A stretch of DNA of 63,970 nt, filler included, from Porpidia crustulata (taxonomy: Eukaryota): the NCBI GenBank assembly GCA_964255105.1. It is 3 parts of 3 records of this genome, joined end to end, with 100 filler letters (N's around TTAATTAATTAA, not from the genome) between each part and the next. Parts side by side here need not be neighbours in the genome. Positions count along the whole stretch, not along the records: positions 21,962 to 43,820 come from CAXUWE010000094.1; positions 43,921 to 63,970 come from CAXUWE010000128.1; 1 more part is not named here. One strand, given 5' to 3'. Below, piece after piece: positions 42,321 to 53,300 of this stretch (within the stretch, counting starts at the first letter, position 1; each line of letters opens with the position of its first letter). The translations under genes and the position numbers were made by a program. A model generated the notes under the pieces. The model did no database searches, was not told the DNA's origin, and saw only the letters and a list, made by a program, of their open reading frames with translations.

Positions 42321-42824
42321 ATGTCTCCAAATCCCAAGGCTCTCCAGTCCGCGAAAGCCAAGGGTAAGGCTAAGCACCAATCACCTGACTATAATTCTTC
42401 GTCCGACGCCATGGACCACGGAGGCGAGCACGAACGTCGTGCTTTAGCCGCCCGTACGGCTCAAAGCCAACAGCCTCAATACAACTCGCCCTCCGACGCC
42501 ATGGACCACGGAGGCGTGCATGAGCATCGTGCTCGGTCCGCCGCTGCAACTGCCCAGGCTCAATCACCTTCCGGTGGCGATAATACCAAGAAGTACGTAT
42601 AGCTATCATTCGTTTACTCTTTACCCTTTACCCTTTCCCTCGCTAAATATTTACCGCTGAACAGATCGGCACAAACCGACGCCTTCGCTTCGCTTTCCAC
42701 TGGTGCCGGCACCGGCAGCGGTGGTGGCGGTGATGGAGCCGGTACTTCTTCGAGTTCCAAGGGCGCTTCTGGTGGCACATCGAATTCGGCTCCGAATCCG
42801 TTTTTTCCTGGAAGCGAAGATTGA
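42321..42824 (+). CDS. Small hydrophilic disordered protein with a duplicated YNSxSDAMDHGGxHExRA motif
   Basis: Exon 1 from ATG 42321; GTACGT..CAG intron 42594-42664 with a GCTGAAC branch-like site; Gly/Ser-rich exon 2 ending NPFFPGSED*. Confidence 0.7.
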
Positions 42825-43820
42825 AGAGAATCGTGATGGGCGCGGTGGACGTTGAGGGTTAGAGGGTGTAAGTTGTGTTGCAAGTGATGCGCACTATTCA
42901 CAACTACCTCCGTCTTGCCTATCACTAATAGCGGTTCCAAGGAAGTGAGTTTGGATATTGGGTTATCCTTTTTCCTTGTTAAAAAATGGTTGGTAGTTGT
43001 GACGGACGTGGAAAAGCTATCGGGAATTTGATCCATTTCGGTCTTTACACTCTCATCTTCTTGCAAAATGTCTTCGAGTTCCTCTCTTTTTGGGGTTTCG
43101 GTGGCTGGGGAACAATCTAATCGGCGGAGAAAATTTTGTGGTAAATGGGTGGATGGGGGAATAAGTATTTCGGTCTTTTGGTCAATCTGGGTAGGATAGA
43201 ATTTTCGGTTACTAATTAATAAATTTTCGGTCACGTTTTGGCTGCTGTGCTGCAGGATCGTGTGATACGTAAAAGTCTGCATTGACTATGCCGTCACGTA
43301 ATGTAGGGGAAGTCTTCCAGCACGATGCTCCAGTACCTTAGGATCTTTGACGCTGCTGGCAATTGTCGGCTGCGATGCCACTGGGTGGTTACCTTGCGGA
43401 ATACCAAGATAAACTTTGACTGGGGCTTTGGGAGAAGATGGTGTGCCATCTTGCGCAAGATCCTGAGAAGGTCGCTGACTTTTGAAAGCCTTCGAATTAC
43501 GCTCCCATCCGCCTTCTCGTCTACAACGGCTACGAGCAGGTACTACCCTAACGTCATACCACGCGAGAAACAAAATTAACTGCACATAGCTATCTACTCG
43601 CGCGGCCGATTCAGCATGCAGGTGCGGTGCAGTTGGGAAAGGATGAAGGCCTTCGTGCACACATTGGTTGGGAATCAATAGTCAAATATCCCAAGAGCAA
43701 AATATTTTTCTGTGGTACGAGTAGAGTAAAGAACGTATATAAGTGCAGAAACAAAACGTCGTCATTCGTAATCGTGAGTTAAATCCCAATCCAACGGCCG
43801 TCGTCGACCAACCCCACATC

Positions 43821-43920
43821 NNNNNNNNNNNNNNNNNNNNNNNNNNNNNNNNNNNNNNNNNNNNTTAATTAATTAANNNNNNNNNNNNNNNNNNNNNNNN
43901 NNNNNNNNNNNNNNNNNNNN
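43821..43920. other. Artificial contig spacer (N44-TTAATTAATTAA-N44)
   Basis: Identical to the spacer at 21862; 12-mer at 43865-43876. Confidence 0.97.
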
Positions 43921-44212
43921 CTCCTAGCGAGATTCCATTCTTTCTCATCGGTTCTGGGTCAGAGTCTTTACGAATTTCCGTCGAGGAAAGCAAAACAAGG
44001 ACGGAGAAAAAGCGTTGGAACTTTTTGGGAGGAGTACTGGGACTTTGTCTTGGGGGTGGAATTCCTACGAACAGCATTCACATGGAGATTGTACTCCCGA
44101 ACCATATTATCAAAGCATGCCTGATCACATCGATCCCATTTTAAACATCTAGCATTGTATATTATATACTTTCTCCCTAGAAACATGTGTCCACCCCTGG
44201 GTACACTTCGTC

Positions 44213-47200
44213 TCAGCACGCCCCCACCTCAATAGTGACCGTCTCCGAGTACTCCAAGCCGCCCTTGACGATAGCAATGTCTTCATTCCGCGCGAACAGG
44301 ACTTCTCGCTTTACAATCGCACAGATAATAGACCTAACACCAGAAAACCAGTCGTGCGGCACAAAGAAATGCCTTGAGTACGAGATCGAGCCCTGCTCTA
44401 GGCTCTCAAGATCTATGGAGCAGACCCAGGAGTGCTTGTCTAGGAAGACGAGCTTGTTGGTATCACTAAAGCCAATGACGTGGGCAATGTAGGACGCGAG
44501 GATGGCGAGCTGAGGTCCCACAAAGGGAGCTGAGATTGCTGTAACGTCTTCCGTAAAGGGAGCCGTCCCGTAACCCCTTCCGGCGTTTGCTTCTTCAAGG
44601 GCTGCTCTGTTATTGTCATCGCTCCCGATCGTGAAAGCAACTCCGTCGACGAAGTGCAGATGGCGCGTATCCGCCGAGCCATTGAGCTCGGACAGCTCAA
44701 GAATGAAGAATGTTCCATGGCCCGACAAATAGGGAGTGACGGTCTTCAATTGCAGTCCCGCTACCTTGGTGGCGAGGGTAATGCATGCAATTTCTGACCA
44801 GTCGCCCCAAGCATAGATGTAAGCGACTGCGCCTTCAACGCAGATCATATGGAGGGACGATTGCTGATGTTGGATCCACTTCCGGATCCCTGGCCTGTCC
44901 GAATGTGTTCGCGAATCCTGCTGCTGGCCGTCGATACTCCAAAGGTAGTCCGACTCACGGGTCGACAAGATAAACTTGCCGGCTGCTTCGCCTGGTAGGA
45001 CTTGGGTGATCGAATTTCCGCAATCCAGGCGAGACTGAAGGAGTATCTTCTCCGCTACCCATCCATCCTTCTGTGCATTCAATTTCCATGCGAAGATGCC
45101 GTTTGATGCATCGACACTCATTATAATTTCGCTTTGACACCACCAAGTGATAATACGAACCAGTGACTTATGGCTGTAAAGCGTCCGCACCTGAGTCCCA
45201 GTCCTCATATCGTAAAGGGAAATCGAACCATCGTCCTTGCCGCAGATAACCTGTTCACCTTGAGGATGCACGGCTATGGCGCTAAGCTTATTCTTAGTAT
45301 CCGACGCGACTACGTCGACGAAGGATGTTGATGTACCTTCACTACTGTCATCACCCAAGACGTCCCGAAGCAGAGCCGCTGGCTTCCAGACATTACATTG
45401 CGAGCCTCTGATGTCAGTAAGATAGAGACCATCTCTGCTGAAAGCAAGCTGCTTGATATAGAAATTAGATGACTTGACTCGGTACAGCAACTTTAGCGTG
45501 TCAAACTCATAGATCTGGATTATCCCAAACCCAGCACCGCCTGCAAGCAGGCGGCCGTCAGGGCTCACCGCGAGCGTATGGCAATGTACGCGGAAGCTTT
45601 CCAACTCCAAGTCATCAAAAGGATCAAGTAGTACAAGTTCGCCATCGAGGTAAGACGCGGCGAGAAGCCCGATGGCTGGGTTCGGGTTGAAAACGAGAGC
45701 GGTGATAGGATGTGTGCTTGTTTCGCCCCCGGATAGTTTCTTCCCGCAGCTGCCATAATATGCATCTGCTTCGAGATCCCAAAGCGTTATCGGTCTTCCG
45801 CTATAAGCAACAGCCAACATTTTGTGGCTCACGGAAATTGATATGGCGGACGGCGGACGACCAAATGGTTTGTTCGTAGGCTCTCCCGAGTCGTTCCACC
45901 GCCTATCAGCTTGCTGGGATCCGTCGTTTAAATCCCACGACGCTAGATAATTCTTGTAGGATGCGGCCAATAGCAGATTTTTTTCAAATGCTAGGCCCAT
46001 AATTCGTTCTGGTGGTTGGAAATCGTAAATTATTTCACCACTACGGATGTCCCATATCTTGACCGATTTCAAACCACAAGATGCCATCAGATCGGTCTTG
46101 CTCTTGAAGTGCACAACTCTTACGGCCTCACCATGATTCAGGACCTTGTATTCCTGGCACGATATGGCGTGATACAGTGCCACTGTTCCGGTAGTCAGAC
46201 CTACTGCAAAGAATCCATCCCCATGGCAGACTGTGCTTGTCTGGCTTTCACGGAAGTCGATGCAAGTCATTCGGTCGTCCCACTGGGTATTTGAAAGTCC
46301 TACTACTGAGAGCCTCCGCCCAGGGTTTGAAGTCTTGTACACCACAGACTCGGTAGGACAGAATGGAAGGATGACCGAGTGGATAGCCGAAGGCGATAGT
46401 ATTAGAGCACTAGCAAACTTCGCAGCAATACGGATAAGATCCATCGACCAACCTGTGATCATATGCATTCCTCTACCAAGTGGTGAACGAACTGCTGTGC
46501 AGGACCTGAGATATTTACCAAGGTGCCTCGCGACTCGGATCAAAGGGGAGAGATTCTGGGTCTGGGCAATGACCTCTATCCATGACAGGACATTCGCCTT
46601 GAGAAAGCTGTCTACCAGTATTAACAAGTCGTTTGCATTTGGATCAGCCTTTGCTACATGGTATGAGAAAGCCGTACAGGCATAAAGCGAAAATTCAGCT
46701 CTTTTGCCTACAGTTATCATGGCAGATCCACGTCTGATGGATCGAGGAGGCTTCATCTCCTTGCCGGTGAGGTACATGAAACACGTTTTAGCGATCCGCG
46801 TATGTGCTTCTTTCTTGTTAATTGTGAACTCAGATACTAAGTCCTCCTTGAGGAGGAACTCTCTGGCCGTCTCATGCACCATTTGCACTCGACCGAATTT
46901 ATCAACAGTCACCAACTGGCCACACAGCGCCACGATACTCACCTCCAATTTAGGGAAAGTGTCTTCGAGGTCTATCTCTAAAGCACCATGGAGTTCTTTG
47001 ATTGTCAGCGGCCTTGTTGCACATGCTGTCCAAATCAAAATAGCTTTAGCGATCCTCTTTCCGCGCGTGGCTTTCGACATAGATTCCAGAGCCCTCTGGT
47101 ACAATGGTTCCATTTCCCGGGGGACTTCGTCGAGAACTTGGTTCATTTCCTCCTCGCCGTGGGTATTTGATAATTCGTTAAGTACTAGCACCGTCCACAG

Positions 47201-49039
47201 GAAAGATCCTTCGGATTTTCCCAAGATCTTCTCCACCAGGTTAGCCCGATTCTCATTGTCCTTCGGCATTAGTGGCCTCGCCTTTGCCTCGACCAGGAAT
47301 TTAATGTCAGGAAGAGTGTCCGCCGTTGAAATACCCTCAGACCGAAACCGATGAGTGCCAAGATTTGAGAAATGCTTCTCCAGTCCGGATGTCATTCGGC
47401 TCGTCATTAGAATTCGTAGGGGTACAGACTCATCCATTTTAGCTAGCATCGAGTCAAAGAAGGATCCGATATTCTCACATTCATCTAGAGCATCAATCAT
47501 CCAATATTGCTTCGGGAAGTCAATTTGAAAAATGCCCAACAAGAACAATTTTCGCCAGATACTGCGTTCATCGTCCATCTCAAGAATGGTATCATTCTTC
47601 CGCATGTCTAAGAGTACATTTCGTATTTTTTTGTTTGCAACAGCCATCTGAAAAGCCAGAGACCGGAGGCAGGCACTGAGCCGCGACTTAGATTTGTCCC
47701 TGTATTTGAAGAAAAAAAAGCTGCAGGCTGCATTCTGTTTCCGTAGCTGATTAATGGCATAGCCTACGAGAGTCGACTTGCCAGCTGCTGGTTTTCCGTT
47801 GATCCAGAGTATATTTGGCGCGTCTAGTTCCGAGTCCCTCCACCTCAGATAACTCATTTTCGCCGAGAACCACTCGCAAGTTCCGGGCAAACGGGCATCC
47901 TCGACCGCGGCGAGGTCGTCTTCTGACGTGTCAGAGACCCCTAGGTATTGTCCCAGGTCTTTCATCTGGCTCTGCTGTAATTTATCATTGATCTCAGTAC
48001 TGTATGCTTCTTAGTGAGGCTCATCAATTACTGACTGGCGTGTCACACCTAATTTGGATATACTATTGACGGTGAAAGCAAATGAGTTGCGAAGGATCAT
48101 GTAATTCGGGTCTCTAGGAGTCTCGAACTTGCAGATAGAGCGGTGGTCGGCATTCATTGGCATCCGCCTTTCCTCGCGGTATCCTAGCGTAGCTGAATCG
48201 GGGTCCACGATGAGCGTGCTGAAGACTCCCATATTGAGCTTCTGCGTTTCATAGAATGACCAGAGATCTATATCGGCGGAATAATTGCAGAACCCATCGT
48301 TGATAGACTGTATAGCTTCAGATCCTCGTTCGAGGTCTGCCACGTAAGCACGGGACGAGGAGGTCATTAGAAGGATGTTGTTCAAGAGTTTAGCCGAGTC
48401 CGAGCCTTTATGAGGTGTTGCAATAAAGTAGATTGTGCGAAATCTTTTTACCAGACTCTTGTAATTTGGCTCTTGCCTTGCTAGCATGTAGGCTTCTTTA
48501 ATGACCAGGCCTCCCATACTGTGCCCTATGAGCACTATCGGAGTATCCGCATCTCTCAGATAAGGCGAAGTGCTTATTTCGCCTATTAGCGACCTGCCGA
48601 AGTGACGGATATTCAGGCAATTGTCTCTACTCTTGATCCAGTTTGAGTCGTACCCGAAGCTCAGTACTCGCACATTCTTGAACGCCGGGTCCTTAGGAAG
48701 CCATTCCTGTGGCCAATAATGGGTGATCGAGCTTGTCTTGGCCCATGTCTTCCTAGAGCCCCCACCGAGACCGTGGACGAAAATGAAGTCCAGCAAGGGT
48801 ACCGAAGGTGAATACAGAAGGTTCAATCCAAGGGGACCTCTGAGAATATCTTCGCCATCGTCGTTGACAGCGGTGGGCACAGCGGTGGGAGCGGTAGAAA
48901 GCTTGGTATCCTTGCGCCGAAAGCTTCTAATTGACTATGTGAGATTTAGTCGAGGTCAGGATGGCACACCATCGTTAGGTCTCATTGTGCCTTTCTTTAG
49001 CCGCAATCCATACACATGGAAATTTTATGAACTCACCAT
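44213..49039 (-). CDS. Fungal NLR: SesB/PGAP1-like alpha/beta-hydrolase, NACHT and WD40 repeats
   Basis: FVHGLGG, GHSMGG nucleophile elbow and ADHRSICKF; GTCEWF, Walker A GKPAAGKST, Walker B IDALDEC, VHETAREFL; C-terminal WD repeats. ATG-only first exon inferred at 49037-49039. The junction near 48000 has a phase problem. Confidence 0.9.
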
Positions 49040-49570
49040 ATTGGGCTTGCATTCTCCCCCAGACCAGTCCAGATAGAGCTTGCTAAGGTGGTCTCGTGAA
49101 CGTCATCAAGCTCAGAACCATAATGTAATTCACTATCAGACGAATCTCGCTGGTGACATCGTAAACAAATTGGTTCACTGCGCAGAAGAAATGACGATAA
49201 TTACGAGCTCCGACCTGTTGGCCCAGCTGTCGAGGTCGTGATGTACCGGCTCCGTGGTGAAATGGGTGGCAGACCTACAAGGAAGGCGATGCCTGCCTAC
49301 CAACATCTCGTACGATGCGGAACAGCATGACTAAAAACACAAATTTGATGAGGAGGAGAAGCGTGACGAATCAGTGATCCGTTGTTAGCGCCCGCTCGGG
49401 GGGAAGGAGGGAAGACTTCAGCTAATGCAGGGCCCCAATCTCCGAGGACGTATTTCCCGATTCTACCACACTCCTTACACCTTTGGGATCCAAAACATTA
49501 TCTTCACTCTCCCCATTGCCTTTGTTTCTCAATACACGAAGCACGTGTCATCACCTAGCCAATACATATA

Positions 49571-50103
49571 ATGGCCCCAGAGCCGTCTCACCCAGCAATA
49601 GCAGCGGGTGATCATAAGGCATATATGGAATATGCCCTCGAGCAGGCACGTCTCTCGCCTCCGGCACCCACGAAATTCTGCGTGGGCGCAGTCCTCGTTG
49701 ATGCGGACAAGGGCGAAGTCTTATCAACCGGATACTCCATGGAATTACCGGACGATAACACTGAAGATCCGGGGAAAACTCATGCAGAGCAGTGCTGCTT
49801 CATCAAAATTGCTCAAAAGCACCATCTTCCAGAGGAGCGGATAGGCGAAGTATTACCACGAAACACCGTTCTATATACGACGATGGAGCCGTGCAACAAG
49901 AGACTGAGTGGAAACAAGACTTGTGTGGAGAGGATATTGCGACTCAACGGCGCAATTGAAGCTGTCTATGTGGGAATCAGAGAGCCGGAGAAATTCATTG
50001 CGAAAATATGGGCATGAAAAGGCTTGAAGAGGCAGGCGTCAGGATCAAGGTGGTAGAGGGAATGCAGGATCGCATTTTGGACGTTTCCACTGCAGGGCAT
50101 TAA
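49571..50103 (+). CDS. Stand-alone zinc-dependent cytidine-deaminase-fold protein (RibD/Rib2 deaminase-like); 1-nt frameshift near 50000
   Basis: FCVGAVLV, THAEQC, LYTTMEPC..RLSG..C and VYVGIREP. A plausible C-terminus (ENMGMKRLEEAGV..VSTAGH*) continues in a shifted frame to TAA 50103. Confidence 0.85.
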
Positions 50104-50905
50104 ATAAAATCTAGAGTAGATGGTAGCGGGTGGCAGGTGTCAGTGAGCTACTTGTAGAAGCAAAACGAGCCCTGTGATGTTTGAAAAACAATAGCCAAGA
50201 ACTCACCAATTCCAATTGGGTTTTGGGTCGCTCGGGTATTTTTAGGCAGGACCTCCGGCGGCCACTAGCCTCCGACTTTACCAGGGTAGCAACAATCGTG
50301 TCCGCTGTCAGATCTAGACTCGGGCCTAGGGCCCCCTGCCGCGCACTCAAGCTGTCAGATTTGTAAAGTCCTCTGCTGACGAGGGTTCGTAGAGCGATAC
50401 GCAATGGAAGGAGCAAAGGAAGGAAGGAAGTAACGAGGGGAACCCGCGGGTAAAAACGCTGATGTTTTCTGCATGTTATCTATCATCATCTTCAAGACCT
50501 ATCAATAGAACAATGGACCAAAACAATGCCTTGGCGTTACCCTCAGTAAGAGCTTTTGTGCTATCTTTCTCGTTCTCCTCCACAACTAGGCTCTTTTTCT
50601 GGGACTGGCTTAATCTGTCCCTAACGATATTGCTAGAATATATGGAGCCGTTGATTCGAAATTGGTAGGTTTCGCATTTTGGAGATTGCTGGCCGCCAAA
50701 TCATTATTAAATCGAGATAGGATCATGCATAAGCCCACAGGCGCTACCAAATGTGTGTGCTATGCATTGGCCCTGCTAGCAGAGTACATATATTGGCCTT
50801 GCTAGCATCGAATATTAATACCCTGCTGCTGTTGCGAATGTTTTACTCAGTATCGACGTGAAAAAACATTGAGGGTCTAGTCCAACCTCACTTCGTTATA
50901 TATCA

Positions 50906-52114
50906 ATGAATTACGATAATGCTGAAGGTCTCGAATTTGGTGGTGGGAACACTGAAGTTGACCCAAGGCTCATCGTAGGTCAGTCGCGATATGCACCAAG
51001 TTCATAGGCTCTAATTTTAACCGAGACCAAGCACTACCAAATGGTTGTCGGGTAGTATCCACTGAAGAACATGGCATAAGTTTCTGGGCCTGTACCGGTC
51101 GGATCGACGTCGAGCTCATCGATGGGACACCACAGTCCTTTTTCGTAAAGGTGCTATCGAAAGAGCAGGGTCGAAGGATGTTGTATGGGGAATTCGAGTC
51201 AATGAAGGCTATACATGCGCTTTCGCCCGATTTTGTACCAAAACCGATTGCATGGGGGACATACGAGACGATACCGGATACCCATTTTTTCGTTTGTCAG
51301 TATCGAGAGATGACAGATGAAATGCCAGACCCGCACGAATTCAGCAGTCAATTAGCAGCGCTACATCGAGATAGCAAGTCTCCAAATGGCAAATTTGGCT
51401 TCCACATGACCACTTATAGCGGTAATCTGCCTCAGATGAATGAGTGGGAGGGAAGCTGGGAGACTTACTTCACTAAGAATATGAGGTTTGCTCTCAACCT
51501 TGAGATCGAAGCCAAAGGACCGGACCCCGAGTTTGATGTGCTGATACCGACTCTTTTCGATAAAGTGATACCTCGTCTGCTTCGCTCACTCGAAAGTGAG
51601 GGCCGCTCTGTGAAGCCTTCACTTGTGCACGGAGATCTTTGGTATGCGAATTCTGGAATCGATGTGAACACGGGCGAATCTCTTGTCTTCGATGCCTGCT
51701 GCTTCTATGCTCACAACGAATGTGAGATATATGGTCAATCAGTAGTGAGATTAATAAAGCTTACAAATTGTCACCCTGTATAGATGAGTTTGGCCAATGG
51801 CGGCCAATCTGCAACAGATTTGGGGCGGAATACTTGTCTGCGTACCACTCGTACGTCCAGATATCCCCTCCGGAAGAAGACTACGACGGCCGCCTGGATT
51901 TGTACAAGCTGTAAGATAAAAAAATTTCCAGAAATAGATAAGAGACTGATCTCGGAACAGAAGATTCAACACCCATGTTTCCGCCCTCTTCACCCAGAAT
52001 CAGACACTTAGAGAGCAGTATGGGCCTTGGTCTTTTCTTGCATGAATGGAATTGCTGATAGAGACGCATAGGATGCTCGGCGATCTAAGGGACCTGGCTC
52101 AAAGATATGGTTAA
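50906..52114 (+). CDS. Fructosamine kinase family protein (protein-ribulosamine 3-kinase-like)
   Basis: FFVK, GEFESMKAI, VPKPIAWG, GKFGFHMTTYSG, PSLVHGDLWYAN and FDACCFYAHNEYE; four introns splice in frame by hand. Confidence 0.92.
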
Positions 52115-52464
52115 CTGGAAACACTTGAGAGCATACACGCAGGTGATCGTGCAAACGCCTGTATCTAAGAGCACCTGCTATACCTCAGATGGTCTCAATG
52201 TATATTACCCAGCGTCGTATAAACATACTAGTCAGATCAGCTTAATGCGACCGCACAGTTTCATTCAAATTCAATATCGTATTCAGCAATAAACGTAGTC
52301 AAGTACATGTGTACGACGCATCACAGCACGAAGTGCATGGAAGATTTAGTTGTAAGGTACGAATTTGAATCTCAAGTGTATTGCGTAGCGAAAATGGAGC
52401 ATTCTTCGTTGACCTAGGATGTGATTATATTTAACAGCTAACGATAGATAACGACGCTGAACAT

Positions 52465-52734
52465 CTAGAGCGTTACCCAGTCACGTGCCAGGCAAAAAAA
52501 GCGAGACCGCAGAATCGATTTCTCACTCAAATCATCATACATATATCACTAGATCTTTGACAATAACAACATGAGATCGAGTCACAAACATTTGTGATAT
52601 ATCTAGAAATATTAGAACTCGGCGTGCAATCAAATTTTGCGAGTGAATTAAGGCAGTAGCAATTTGATGATTTGAGTGAGAGATCAATTTTGCGGTCTCG
52701 CTTTTTTTGCCTGGCATCGTGCTAGTCACTCTAG
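52465..52734. mobile_element. MITE-like element with 52-bp inverted repeats
   Basis: 52486-52537 matches the reverse complement of 52665-52716 at 49/52 positions. AT-rich 127-nt spacer; degenerate outer CTAGAG/CTCTAG symmetry. Confidence 0.7.
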
Positions 52735-53300
52735 TTCACCAACTTCCACCGACGAAGGATTTAGAATTCAGAAGTGAAAATACAGAAGCTAACCCGATTT
52801 AGTGACGATGAGAAAAATAGGTCTTCTCAATCTTAAAAACAAGCTCACTTCGATTTTTTCGACTTCTAAATAGAGTGAAATCGTGGCTACGGAGGCACGC
52901 CGTTGATAGGGAAACGAGGTTGACAATTGCGAATTGCGAATTACTGTGCTGCTGTTGAGGAGATTTATGTCACGTACATATTTCGGTCTACCGATGACGA
53001 TAAGCATCTTGATCCTGAATCTTAAGCTCACGCCCACCTCAAAACGCCAAAGCTCTACTCCTTCCCCATGCTTCTGGCGTCCTGCGACGAAGCCCCTTTC
53101 AATCCTGATTCTTATAGATCACCCCCTTTTCCTCCTCGAACATAATCTTATTCCTCTCCCTCACCTCCCTCAACGCCATTTCTCTTCATTGCCGATCCTT
53201 TCCTTCATCTGCACGCGCCCGTTGACGATCTCGAGAGGTGACTCGAGTTCTGGCAGCTGTGGGTCGTTTTGAAACGTTGTGGCGAACTGAGGAGCTGGCC

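Noticed and set aside
42614..43678. Minus-strand ORFs of 222 and 130 aa
   Set aside because: No recognisable domain, and partial antisense overlap with the 42321 gene; possibly a relic but unsupported.
44213..46300. Possible HET-E-like hypervariable WD repeats
   Set aside because: The WD repeats are highly divergent from each other, with no near-identical tandem units.
46233..47354. Plus-strand ORFs of 150 and 216 aa
   Set aside because: Antisense to the NACHT-WD gene, with no recognisable motifs.
34385..49039. Paired NLRs or an amyloid-signalling NLR/effector pair
   Set aside because: The two NLRs are on different contigs, and I saw no amyloid-like N/Q/G-rich signalling motif in either.
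50365..50405. CTGACGA resembling a hammerhead ribozyme core
   Set aside because: It is followed by GATA rather than GAAA, and no convincing stems I/III are present.
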